43,886 nt of DNA from a candidate division WOR-3 bacterium (GTDB lineage Bacteria; Hydrothermota; Tepidihabitantia; Tepidihabitantales; JBDRVQ01), in NCBI GenBank assembly GCA_039802085.1, contig JBDRVU010000001.1, forward strand, positions 1 to 43,886, read 5' to 3'. The position numbers and the translations under genes were made by a program. Shown here piece by piece: positions 8,165 through 15,926 of the stretch. Every line of letters starts with the position of its first letter. The stretch's first letter is position 1. Under the pieces are notes generated by a model. That model made no database searches and was not told the origin of the DNA. It saw only the letters and a program-made list of their open reading frames with translations.

Positions 8165-8947
8165 ATGAAAGGGTTTATTAAATCCTGGGGTCCGGTTCTT
8201 ATCTTTGTGGCGGTGATTAGGTCCTTCGTGGTTGAAGCATTTATGGTACCGACCGGCTCTATGGAAGATACAATTCTCATTGGCGACTTTATGCTCGTAA
8301 CTAAGTTTAACTACGGTATAAAATTACCATTTACCACTAAAACTATCATCCCCACTGCCGAACCAAAAAAGGGGGACATTGTCGTCTTCCGCTATCCCTT
8401 AGACCCAGATTCTCCCGAGCCCGAAGAGCGATATATAAGAATCTTCCCAAAATTTTTGCCCTTACTACCAATCTACTGGTCAAAGGATAAAAAGTTTTTC
8501 CACTGGTATGCCCCAAGGAACTTTGTCAAACGCTGTGTGGCGGTTGAAGGAGAGACCGTGGAGGTAAAAAATAAGATACTGTATGTTAACGGCAAGAGCC
8601 AATACGAACCTTATGCCCTTCATAAGGATAACTGGCTCTCTTCTGGCTCTTCGGAAGCAGAGAAAATAAATTTTCAAGAATTGTGGGAAAAAGGACTTTT
8701 CTTAGAAAAAATCAGTATCCGAGACAATTTTGGACCAGTCGTTGTCCCAAAGGGTTGTATCTTTGCTATGGGCGATAATCGGGACAACTCCGCGGATTCC
8801 CGCTTCTTTGGACCCCTTGATAAAAAATACCTAAAAGGAAAACCCTTGGTCATCTATTTCTCCTCCGATGCTGCCCCAAACCTTTTGCGAATTCTTCTTT
8901 CCCCTCGTAGTATCCGGTGGGAAAGGGTTGGTCGGCTGGTCCGCTAA
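8165..8947 (+). CDS. lepB: Signal peptidase I
   Basis: N-terminal TM segment, catalytic Ser box PTGSMEDT, Lys box VKRCVAVEGE, GDNRDNSADSRFFGP. Confidence 0.92.
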   Translation: MKGFIKSWGPVLIFVAVIRSFVVEAFMVPTGSMEDTILIGDFMLVTKFNYGIKLPFTTKTIIPTAEPKKGDIVVFRYPLDPDSPEPEERYIRIFPKFLPLLPIYWSKDKKFFHWYAPRNFVKRCVAVEGETVEVKNKILYVNGKSQYEPYALHKDNWLSSGSSEAEKINFQELWEKGLFLEKISIRDNFGPVVVPKGCIFAMGDNRDNSADSRFFGPLDKKYLKGKPLVIYFSSDAAPNLLRILLSPRSIRWERVGRLVR

Positions 8948-9055
8948 TGACAAATTTCTTCTTAAGCCACTTCCTCAACGAATTTCTGGATACATTTTCT
9001 TTCTCCTCTCTTCCCTATCTCCTTCCTATTCCCAAAAGTCTTAATGCCTAAATGA

Positions 9056-9083
9056 TTGACTTTTCTCTTTTTTTAGGTAAGAT
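9056..9083 (+). promoter_or_regulatory. Putative promoter upstream of the inositol-phosphate synthase gene
   Basis: TTGACT (9056-9061), 16 nt, TAAGAT (9078-9083). ATG ATG follows at 9087/9090. Confidence 0.45.
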
Positions 9084-9086
9084 AAG

Positions 9087-9152
9087 ATGATGAGCCAAAA
9101 GGGAAGAAGTTGGTTGAAATTAAAATTAACCATTATCTTTTTCGGAGGATAA
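9087..9152 (+). CDS. Candidate 21-aa leaderless upstream ORF ([21 protein letters not shown])
   Basis: It starts 3-6 nt after the putative -10. Its last codons GGA GGA TAA form the SD of the downstream gene, and the stop ends 1 nt before ATG 9154. There is no other support. Confidence 0.25.
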   Translation: MMSQKGRSWLKLKLTIIFFGG

Positions 9153-9153
9153 T

Positions 9154-10233
9154 ATGGGAAAAAAGATAAGAGTGGGAATTATCGGCATTGGCAATTGTGC
9201 TTCAAGTTTAGTCCAGGGCGTTTACTATTACCGAAATGCCAAAGGAGAAGAGTTTATTCCCGGGATAATGCATACCATTCTCGGTGGTTATCACATCGGT
9301 GATATTGAGTTTACCGCCGCGATTGACATTGATAAAAGAAAAGTTGGCAAAGACCTCGCCGAAGCAATTTTCACCTATCCGAACAATACTTATAAGTTTC
9401 ACAATGTGCCAAAAACCGGGGTGGAAGTAGTTAGAGGAATGACCCACGATGGTTTGGGTTATTATCTGTCCCAAATCATTGAGAAGGCACCCGGACCAAC
9501 CGCGGACATTGTTGGCATTCTAAGAGATACGAAAACCGAGATTGTTATCAATTTCTTACCGGTGGGGAGTGAAGAGGCAACGAAGTGGTATGTAGAACAA
9601 GTGATAGAAGCCCGATGCGCCTTTATCAACTGCATCCCGGTTTTCATCGCCTCAGAAAAGTATTGGCAGAAAAGATTTGCCGAAGCGAAACTACCGGTAA
9701 TCGGTGATGATATAAAATCCCAGGTTGGTGCCACAATTCTCCATCGGGTATTAGTCACCCTTTTTAACGACCGAGGAGTGAAATTGGAAAGGACTTCTCA
9801 ATTAAATGTTGGTGGCAATACCGATTTCTTAAATATGCTGGAAAGGAGCCGGCTCGCATCCAAAAAGAAATCCAAGACCGGCGCGGTCACATCCCTTCTC
9901 AAATGGAAACTTCCCGAGGAAGATATCTATATCGGACCTTCGGATTATGTCGCCTGGTTAAAAGATAGAAAATGGGCTTACATCCGACTGGAAGGAAGGA
10001 CTTTTGGGGATGTGCCGTTAAACATTGAATTAAAATTAGAAGTTTGGGATTCCCCAAACTCCGCCGGGGTGGTAATTGACGCTATACGATGTGCCAAATT
10101 GGCTCTGGACAATAAACTTTCCGGTGCCATTATTGAACCATCATCCTATTTTATGAAAACACCCCCCGTTCAATATCCTGACCACATCTGCCGGGAAAAA
10201 GTGGAAAAGTTCATTAAGAAATATGGCAAATAA
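9154..10233 (+). CDS. ino1: myo-Inositol-1-phosphate (inositol-3-phosphate) synthase, short archaeal/bacterial type
   Basis: N-terminal Rossmann segment [23 protein letters not shown], ~360 aa, internal [19 protein letters not shown] lies 5 nt upstream. Confidence 0.85.
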   Translation: MGKKIRVGIIGIGNCASSLVQGVYYYRNAKGEEFIPGIMHTILGGYHIGDIEFTAAIDIDKRKVGKDLAEAIFTYPNNTYKFHNVPKTGVEVVRGMTHDGLGYYLSQIIEKAPGPTADIVGILRDTKTEIVINFLPVGSEEATKWYVEQVIEARCAFINCIPVFIASEKYWQKRFAEAKLPVIGDDIKSQVGATILHRVLVTLFNDRGVKLERTSQLNVGGNTDFLNMLERSRLASKKKSKTGAVTSLLKWKLPEEDIYIGPSDYVAWLKDRKWAYIRLEGRTFGDVPLNIELKLEVWDSPNSAGVVIDAIRCAKLALDNKLSGAIIEPSSYFMKTPPVQYPDHICREKVEKFIKKYGK

Positions 10234-10861
10234 GGGAGTAATCATCGCCTTTGAAGGTATTGAAGGTTCGGGAAAGACAACGCAGGCAAATCTCCTTTAT
10301 CAATACCTTAAGGAGAAAGGGTTTCCTTGCCTCTTTTTTCGGGAACCCGGTTCCACCACGATTGGGGAAAGAATAAGAGAAATCCTTTTGGACCCGGAAT
10401 TTAAGGGGATGGAGGCAAAAACTGAACTCTTTCTCTATTTAGCCAGTCGCACCCAATTAATTGCCGAAAAGATTATACCTGCCTTAAAAGAAGGTAAAAT
10501 TATCATTACCGACCGGTTTTCGGATTCTTCTCTCGCCTATCAGGGAGGGGGAAGAAAATTGGGATTGGCGGTGGTCAGTCGACTGAATAAATTTGCCACC
10601 AACAAAATAAAACCCGACCTGGTCATTCTTCTTGACCTACCAGTTGCCATTGGGTTAAATCGCATAAAAAAAGAGAGACCCGACCGATTGGAAAGCGAAG
10701 AAGAAAAGTTTCACGAAGAGATAAGAAAAACTTATCGCCAAATAGCGAAAAGACGCGGAAGGCGAATAAAAGTATTTGATGGCACAAAAGAAAAAGAAGA
10801 ACTTCATCTGGCGATAAGAACCAAAGTGATAGAATTTTTAACTCAAAAAGGACTGATTTAA
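10223..10861 (+). CDS. tmk: Thymidylate kinase
   Basis: [15 protein letters not shown]-loop, DRF..SSLAYQG, ~210 aa. Overlaps the preceding gene by 11 nt. Confidence 0.95.
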   Translation: MANKGVIIAFEGIEGSGKTTQANLLYQYLKEKGFPCLFFREPGSTTIGERIREILLDPEFKGMEAKTELFLYLASRTQLIAEKIIPALKEGKIIITDRFSDSSLAYQGGGRKLGLAVVSRLNKFATNKIKPDLVILLDLPVAIGLNRIKKERPDRLESEEEKFHEEIRKTYRQIAKRRGRRIKVFDGTKEKEELHLAIRTKVIEFLTQKGLI

Positions 10862-10877
10862 AAATGGAGAACCTAAA

Positions 10878-12383
10878 ATGAAAAAAACATTAACCTTACT
10901 ATTACTTATTCTGCTTTTAATCGCTGCTGTTTGGTTTTCGGCCCGGCTCTGGGCACAACGGGAAAATGTCTTTCAATCCCTCCGCCTTTTTTCTGATATC
11001 TTAAACATTGTCTCTCGCCATTATGTGGAAGAGGTGAAAACCGATGATTTGGTCAAATCCGCCATCAATGGGATGTTGAACGAATTAGACCCTTATTCTC
11101 AGTATCTGGATGCGAGTGAATATCGGGAATTGCAGGTAAAGACCCAGGCAAAATTCGGAGGCATCGGCATTCAAATCGGAACCCGCGAGAATATCTTAAC
11201 CGTCATCTCGCCGATTGAAGGCACCCCCGCCTATCGCGCCGGTTTGCAAGCAGGTGACCAGATAATTGAAATTGATGGTGAACCGACCGAAGGCTGGAGT
11301 GTTTCCGAAGCGGTAAAAAGAATAAGAGGGACACCCGGCACAAAAATTAAAATCAAAATTAGGCGGGAGGCAATAAAAGATGATTTTGAAGTCACCCTGG
11401 TGAGAGAAATAATCAATATCAAATCGGTTCCCTATGCCGGAATGGTAAAAGACGATGTCGGCTATGTGCGCTTAGCTGACTTTTCTCAGGTGGCGAGGAC
11501 TGAATTGGAAAATGCCTTGGATTCCTTAGTAAAAGAAGGGGCAAAGAAATTTATCTTTGACCTGCGCGGCAATTCCGGCGGTCTATTGCAAGAAGGTTTT
11601 GAAGTCTCTAATCTCTTTATTCCCGCCAACAGAACTGTTGTTACCGTCCGGGGAAGAGACCCGCGAGGTAATCGGGATTTTGTTACTACCGAAGAAGGAA
11701 AATATCTCTCCGAGCCATTAGTTCTTTTAGTCGACCGGGGAAGTGCTTCCGCCTCTGAGATTGTGGCTGGTTGTCTTCAAGACTGGGAAAGGGCTTTGGT
11801 TATTGGTGAAACAACTTTTGGCAAGGGCTCAGTGCAAACTATCCACCCCTTAGAAGAATCAACCGCCCTAAAATTAACCACCGCCTACTGGTATACACCT
11901 TCTGGTCGGAGTATCCACCGCCCCACCAAAAAAGATACCATAAAAGAAAAAGTATCTAAAACCTATCGCACCCTGGGTCCTCTAAAAAGAGAAATTTATG
12001 GCAAAGGCGGCATTGCTCCGGATTTATATCTCACCTATTCCATCCTTCCCAAATTCATCATTAAAGCCGGCCGTGATGTATTCTTTGATTTTACGGTTAA
12101 ATACAAAGCACATCATAAAGAACTTAAAAAACCAATAAAGGTTAATTCTGAGATACTCCAAGAGTTCAAGAATTTCCTGACCGAAAAGAAGATAGATTTC
12201 ACACCCGCGGAGTTTGATTCCGCTCAGGAGATAATCTCCCAGGAGATTGAAAGGGAGGTTGCGGCAAAGATAGAAGGGACAAAAGGAGATTACGAGGTCC
12301 GGCTTGCCTATGACCCTCATGTGAGAAAGGCGGTAGAACTTTTAAGCCGCGCCCGAAGGCAAGAGGATTTATTTGAGAAGTAG
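10878..12383 (+). CDS. ctpA: S41 carboxyl-terminal processing protease with PDZ domain
   Basis: N-terminal TM/signal segment, PDZ segment GGIGIQIG...GTPAYRAGLQAGDQIIEIDG, DLRGNSGGLL, GSASASEI, TFGKGSVQ. Confidence 0.9.
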   Translation: MKKTLTLLLLILLLIAAVWFSARLWAQRENVFQSLRLFSDILNIVSRHYVEEVKTDDLVKSAINGMLNELDPYSQYLDASEYRELQVKTQAKFGGIGIQIGTRENILTVISPIEGTPAYRAGLQAGDQIIEIDGEPTEGWSVSEAVKRIRGTPGTKIKIKIRREAIKDDFEVTLVREIINIKSVPYAGMVKDDVGYVRLADFSQVARTELENALDSLVKEGAKKFIFDLRGNSGGLLQEGFEVSNLFIPANRTVVTVRGRDPRGNRDFVTTEEGKYLSEPLVLLVDRGSASASEIVAGCLQDWERALVIGETTFGKGSVQTIHPLEESTALKLTTAYWYTPSGRSIHRPTKKDTIKEKVSKTYRTLGPLKREIYGKGGIAPDLYLTYSILPKFIIKAGRDVFFDFTVKYKAHHKELKKPIKVNSEILQEFKNFLTEKKIDFTPAEFDSAQEIISQEIEREVAAKIEGTKGDYEVRLAYDPHVRKAVELLSRARRQEDLFEK

Positions 12384-14462
12384 TTATCTCTTTTTTCTAA
12401 ACTTACACTTTGGATAATTCCCACACGCAATAAAATTGCCGAAGCGACTTTTTCTCTCTACCAAATTCGCGCCGCACTCCGGACACTTTTCCTCCAAAAC
12501 CTTTTTCTCTTTCTTAACAAACTTACATTTCGGATAAGCGGAGCAAGCAATAAACTCCTCCCCTCTCTTACTCCTTCTCCTTACTAAGGGACTACCGCAA
12601 TCGGGACATTTTTCCGCTAAAAGTTCCTTCTCTTCCTTTTTGATAAACTTACACTCCGGATAACCAGAACAGGAGATGAATTTTCCAAATCTCCCCCATT
12701 TATAAATCAAATTCCGGCCGCAGATTGGACATTTCTCGCTGATTTCTTCCTTTAATCCTTCCTTAATCTTTGGGAGATTTTCCTCACTTTTCTTTAAGTC
12801 CTTAACAAAGGGTAAATAGAAATCCCGAACCACCTCCTGCCATTCCTTTCTCTTTTCTTCAATCAAATCTAACTCCTCTTCCATCCGGCGGGTGAAATGA
12901 ACCTCAAAGATATCTGAAAAGTTATTCACCAAAATCTCTTCTGTTAGTCTCCCTAATTCCGTGGGATGAAGTTTCCCATCGCGTTTTTCTACGTACCTCC
13001 TCTCCAAAAGGGTGGAGATAATTCCGGCATAAGTGGAGGGACGACCGATACCATTCACCTCCAACTTCTTAATCAAACTCGCCTCGGTATATCGGGGTGG
13101 TGGCTGGGTCAATTTCTCCTCCGCAAACACATCAACCAATCGGACCTTCTCCCCTTCTTTCAGTTCGGGCAAAATAACTTCTTTTTCTTCGGAAGGAAAA
13201 ACCTTTTCAAATCCATCAAAAATTCTTCTCCGGGCATAGGCGCTAAAAAGAAAATCAATTAAGTGGGAAACGAAAATCTCAATCCTCTTTTCCTCGTATT
13301 GGGCATCTGCCATCTGGGAGGCAACCGCCCGGCGGAAGATTAAATCGTATAACTTATAACTGTCTTTATCTAAATAATCTTTTATTAACTCCGGTCTTTT
13401 CATTAAATCCGTTGGTCTTATCGCCTCGTGCGCCCCTTGGGTCTCCTTTCGATCCCTATAGGAGCGAATCTTTTCCGGAAGATACTTCTCACCAAATTCT
13501 TTTTGAATAAAATCCCTCTCTTTTTCCAAAAACTCTTCCGCTACCCTTTTGGAATCGGTCCGGGGATAGGTAATAAGACCAACTATCTCCTCCTTCAACT
13601 CAACACCTTCAAACAACCTCTGGGCTAAAAACATCGTCTTCTTACTTGATAGAAATAACTTTCTTGCCGCTTCTTGTTGTAAGGAGGCAGTAATAAAAGG
13701 TGGTGGTGGACTTTTATATTTTATCTCTCTTTTAATTCGGTCAATTTGCGCTTCTTTCATTTCCTTAATTTTCTTTACCAGTTCTTCTGCCAAACTTTTA
13801 TCCTTTATCCTCTCTCCCTCTTTTCTATGTTCTAAAAAAACCTTAAACTCTTCACCATTTTCTTTGGCAAAAATAGCGGAGATAACCCAATATTTTTCGG
13901 GGATAAAATTTTCAATCTCCTCTTCCCGCTCCACAATGAACCGAAGGGCAACCGTCTGTACCCTTCCTGCAGAAAGGTTCCGGTTCTTAAAGACCTGCCA
14001 GAGGATTGGACTAACCAGATAGCCAACCAATCGATCCAAAACCCTTCGCGCCTTGTGCGAATTAACCTTAGGCAAATCAATCTCCTCGGGAACCTGCAGC
14101 GCCCTCTCTATTCCATTTTTGGTTATCTCATAAAAAAGAACCCTTTTCATCTCTTTATTATTATTAATCTCTTCGGCGATATGAAAAGCGATTGCCTCCC
14201 CTTCCCGGTCTGGGTCACAACCCAAATAAACCCTTTCTACCTTCTTCGCTTCACTTTTAATCTCTCGCACTATCTTCCCTTTCCCTTTAATTAAAATATA
14301 TGTTGGTTCAAAGTTATTCTCAATATCAACCCCCAATTTCGTCTTGGGCAAATCCTTAATATGTCCTTTGGTAGATAAAACCTTCATCTTCCCTTTTAGT
14401 ATATTAGAAATAGTCTTCGCCTTGGTTGGCGACTCAACAATTAAAATTGCCCTGTCCTTCAT
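12384..14462 (-). CDS. topA: DNA topoisomerase I with three C-terminal zinc ribbons
   Basis: TOPRIM start ILIVESPTKAKTI, DPDREGEAI, active-site region GLITYPRTDS. Three tandem CPxCG...C..YP(E/K)CKF modules are visible as DNA repeats at 12384-12730. Its stop abuts the ctpA stop with no spacer. Confidence 0.97.
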   Translation of the reverse strand: MKDRAILIVESPTKAKTISNILKGKMKVLSTKGHIKDLPKTKLGVDIENNFEPTYILIKGKGKIVREIKSEAKKVERVYLGCDPDREGEAIAFHIAEEINNNKEMKRVLFYEITKNGIERALQVPEEIDLPKVNSHKARRVLDRLVGYLVSPILWQVFKNRNLSAGRVQTVALRFIVEREEEIENFIPEKYWVISAIFAKENGEEFKVFLEHRKEGERIKDKSLAEELVKKIKEMKEAQIDRIKREIKYKSPPPPFITASLQQEAARKLFLSSKKTMFLAQRLFEGVELKEEIVGLITYPRTDSKRVAEEFLEKERDFIQKEFGEKYLPEKIRSYRDRKETQGAHEAIRPTDLMKRPELIKDYLDKDSYKLYDLIFRRAVASQMADAQYEEKRIEIFVSHLIDFLFSAYARRRIFDGFEKVFPSEEKEVILPELKEGEKVRLVDVFAEEKLTQPPPRYTEASLIKKLEVNGIGRPSTYAGIISTLLERRYVEKRDGKLHPTELGRLTEEILVNNFSDIFEVHFTRRMEEELDLIEEKRKEWQEVVRDFYLPFVKDLKKSEENLPKIKEGLKEEISEKCPICGRNLIYKWGRFGKFISCSGYPECKFIKKEEKELLAEKCPDCGSPLVRRRSKRGEEFIACSAYPKCKFVKKEKKVLEEKCPECGANLVERKSRFGNFIACGNYPKCKFRKKR

Positions 14463-14488
14463 TTTTTATCTTGTGAAAATTTGTGGTT

Positions 14489-15451
14489 TCATTCCGCGGA
14501 TAATAAACGGAGGAGATTTTTCATATCCTCGGGAAGGGGTGCAGTGAACTCTACATATTCCTTGGTCTTGGGATGGATAAAACCCAACTTGGCAGAGTGG
14601 AGGGCTTGCCGATCAATTAGGGAGAGCATCTTTTTGGCAAAAGAATATTCCTCCTTTGATTTTATCAATTTGGTAAAGGCACGTCCGTATTCTCTATCCC
14701 CAACTACCGGATGACCAAAATGGGACATATGAACCCGAATCTGGTGAGTTCTCCCGGTTAATAGTTTAAGCCGGGCATAGGTAGCGATTCCGTATCTTTT
14801 TATCACGGAAAATTCCGTGATTGCCTTCTTAGAGGCAAATGGGGTAACCGCCATCTTTTTCCGGTCTAAGGAATCCCGGCCGATAGGTGCTTCAACTATC
14901 CCTTTCTCCAAAGGTAAATTACCCCAGAGAATTGCCAGATATTCTCGATTTATCCGCCGATTTTCTAATTCTTTTCCTAAAAAGGAAAGGGCGGTATCGG
15001 TCTTAGCAAAAACCAAAAGACCGGTTGTATCTTTATCAAGCCGATGGATTACCCCGGGTCGGTATTTTTCTTGACCCACTGCGAGATTTTGACAATGAAA
15101 TAAAAGGGCGTTGACCAAAGTTTTTGATTTATGCCCCCTTGCCGGATGGACCACTATCCCTTTCGGCTTATCAATTACAATCACATCCTCATCTTCATAG
15201 ATGATATTTAAGGGAATATTCTCGGGTATAATATCCAATTCCTTTTCTGGCTCAAACCGGGCATAAATCTTATCTCCGGCCTTTACCCGATAAGAAGGTT
15301 TTACCGTTTTCTCATTAACTAACACCTTTCCCTCCTTTATCAACTTATTCACCTTATTCCGGGAAAGTCCAATCCCGGAAACAATAAGATAATGGTCCAA
15401 TCTTGTTCCGCGCATCTTCTCCGCCGCAATCCGCAAAAATTCCTTCTCCAT
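14489..15451 (-). CDS. rluD: RluA-family 23S rRNA pseudouridine synthase (RluD-like) with S4 domain
   Basis: S4-like N-terminus (RLDHYLI...SRNKVNKLIKEGKVLVN), catalytic motif HRLDKDTTGLL, GRTHQIRVH. Confidence 0.9.
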   Translation of the reverse strand: MEKEFLRIAAEKMRGTRLDHYLIVSGIGLSRNKVNKLIKEGKVLVNEKTVKPSYRVKAGDKIYARFEPEKELDIIPENIPLNIIYEDEDVIVIDKPKGIVVHPARGHKSKTLVNALLFHCQNLAVGQEKYRPGVIHRLDKDTTGLLVFAKTDTALSFLGKELENRRINREYLAILWGNLPLEKGIVEAPIGRDSLDRKKMAVTPFASKKAITEFSVIKRYGIATYARLKLLTGRTHQIRVHMSHFGHPVVGDREYGRAFTKLIKSKEEYSFAKKMLSLIDRQALHSAKLGFIHPKTKEYVEFTAPLPEDMKNLLRLLSAE

Positions 15452-15459
15452 ATTTCATT

Positions 15460-15487
15460 AAATTACCGAAAGAAAGCCAAAAGTCAA
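15460..15487 (-). promoter_or_regulatory. Putative promoter of rluD-topA
   Basis: On the minus strand: TTGACT (15487-15482), 16 nt, TAATTT (15465-15460). ATG 15451 lies 8 nt after the -10, with no SD. Confidence 0.45.
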
Positions 15488-15518
15488 CTTAAAAACTGTC
15501 TGATTTCTAATCCGAAGG

Positions 15519-15546
15519 TTGACATTTTCTAAGATTACTTTATAAT
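15519..15546 (+). promoter_or_regulatory. Perfect-consensus sigma70-type promoter firing into the 12-nt array
   Basis: TTGACA (15519-15524), 16-nt spacer, TATAAT (15541-15546). No ORF follows within about 370 nt. Confidence 0.65.
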
Positions 15547-15568
15547 ATAATAAATTGAATAATTAGTT

Positions 15569-15599
15569 AAACCCATCCCTTCCTTAAAGGGAGGGGTTT
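15569..15599 (+). other. Strong stem-loop (possible attenuator or terminator) about 15 nt downstream of the predicted TSS
   Basis: AAACCCATCCC / loop TTCCTTAAA / GGGAGGGGTTT gives 10 bp with one A.G mismatch, followed by TATCTTTAT. The left arm CCATCCC can alternatively pair with GGGATGG at 15629-15635. Confidence 0.45.
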
Positions 15600-15642
15600 A
15601 TCTTTATAAAAAGGGGTGAAGCATACAGGGGATGGTATCGGG

Positions 15643-15870
15643 GGTCTAAATAAAGGTTTAATAGAAGGCGTAATAGAAAATCTAATTAAGGGAATGATAG
15701 AAACTCTAAGAAAAGGGTTAATAAAAATAGTAATCGGAGCAATAATTAGAATGGTAATTGTGAGTCTAATTTGATGCGTAATAATAAATCTAATCGGGAG
15801 AATAACCAAAGGTCTAATTGAGAGACTAATTGGAGAAACAATTAAGGGCTTAATCAGGAGAGGCATTGAT
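15643..15870 (+). repeat. Nineteen contiguous, exactly phased 12-nt units with a TAAT core (copy 3 of the array family)
   Basis: Units ggtCTAAAtaaa, ggtTTAATagaa, ggcGTAATagaa, aatCTAATtaag ... ggcTTAATcagg. TAAT occupies unit positions 5-8 in 13 of 19 units, and 5 more are one mismatch away. No indel breaks the phase over 228 nt. Confidence 0.9.
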
Positions 15871-15892
15871 AAACACGGTTGTATTAAATTGA

Positions 15893-15921
15893 TTGACTTC
15901 TCCCTTAAGGTAGGTTATAAT
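15893..15921 (+). promoter_or_regulatory. Promoter of the 929-aa gene (leaderless geometry)
   Basis: TTGACT (15893-15898), 17 nt, TATAAT (15916-15921). ATG 15927 lies 5 nt after the -10. Confidence 0.6.
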
Positions 15922-15926
15922 GCCAG

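Noticed and set aside
8990-9055. The C/T-rich tract plus GTCTTAATGCCTAAAT upstream of ino1, considered as a fourth degenerate copy of the array element.
   Set aside because: The CTAT/TAAT motifs at 9015, 9026, 9041 and 9048 are not in a 12-nt phase, and none of the flanking boxes (GGGATGGG, GGTGGTAGGGCTCAC, hairpin) is present.
15567-15866. A 99-aa minus-strand ORF (MPLLIKPLIVSPISLSIRP...) and the open plus-strand frame (GLIEGVIENLIKGMIETLRKGLIK...) across the 12-nt array, considered as a possible 4-aa-repeat protein.
   Set aside because: Both are periodic read-outs of the DNA repeat. The plus frame has no start and is cut by TGA at 15772. The minus ORF has no SD and would run through the consensus promoter and hairpin. 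The equivalent frames are not preserved in the other two copies (647-992 and 26339-26686).
15643-15870. The phased arrays here and at 690-845 and 26487-26642, considered as CRISPR arrays.
   Set aside because: The units are 12 nt and contiguous, without unique spacers. There is no 25-40-nt repeat/spacer alternation and no cas genes in the window.
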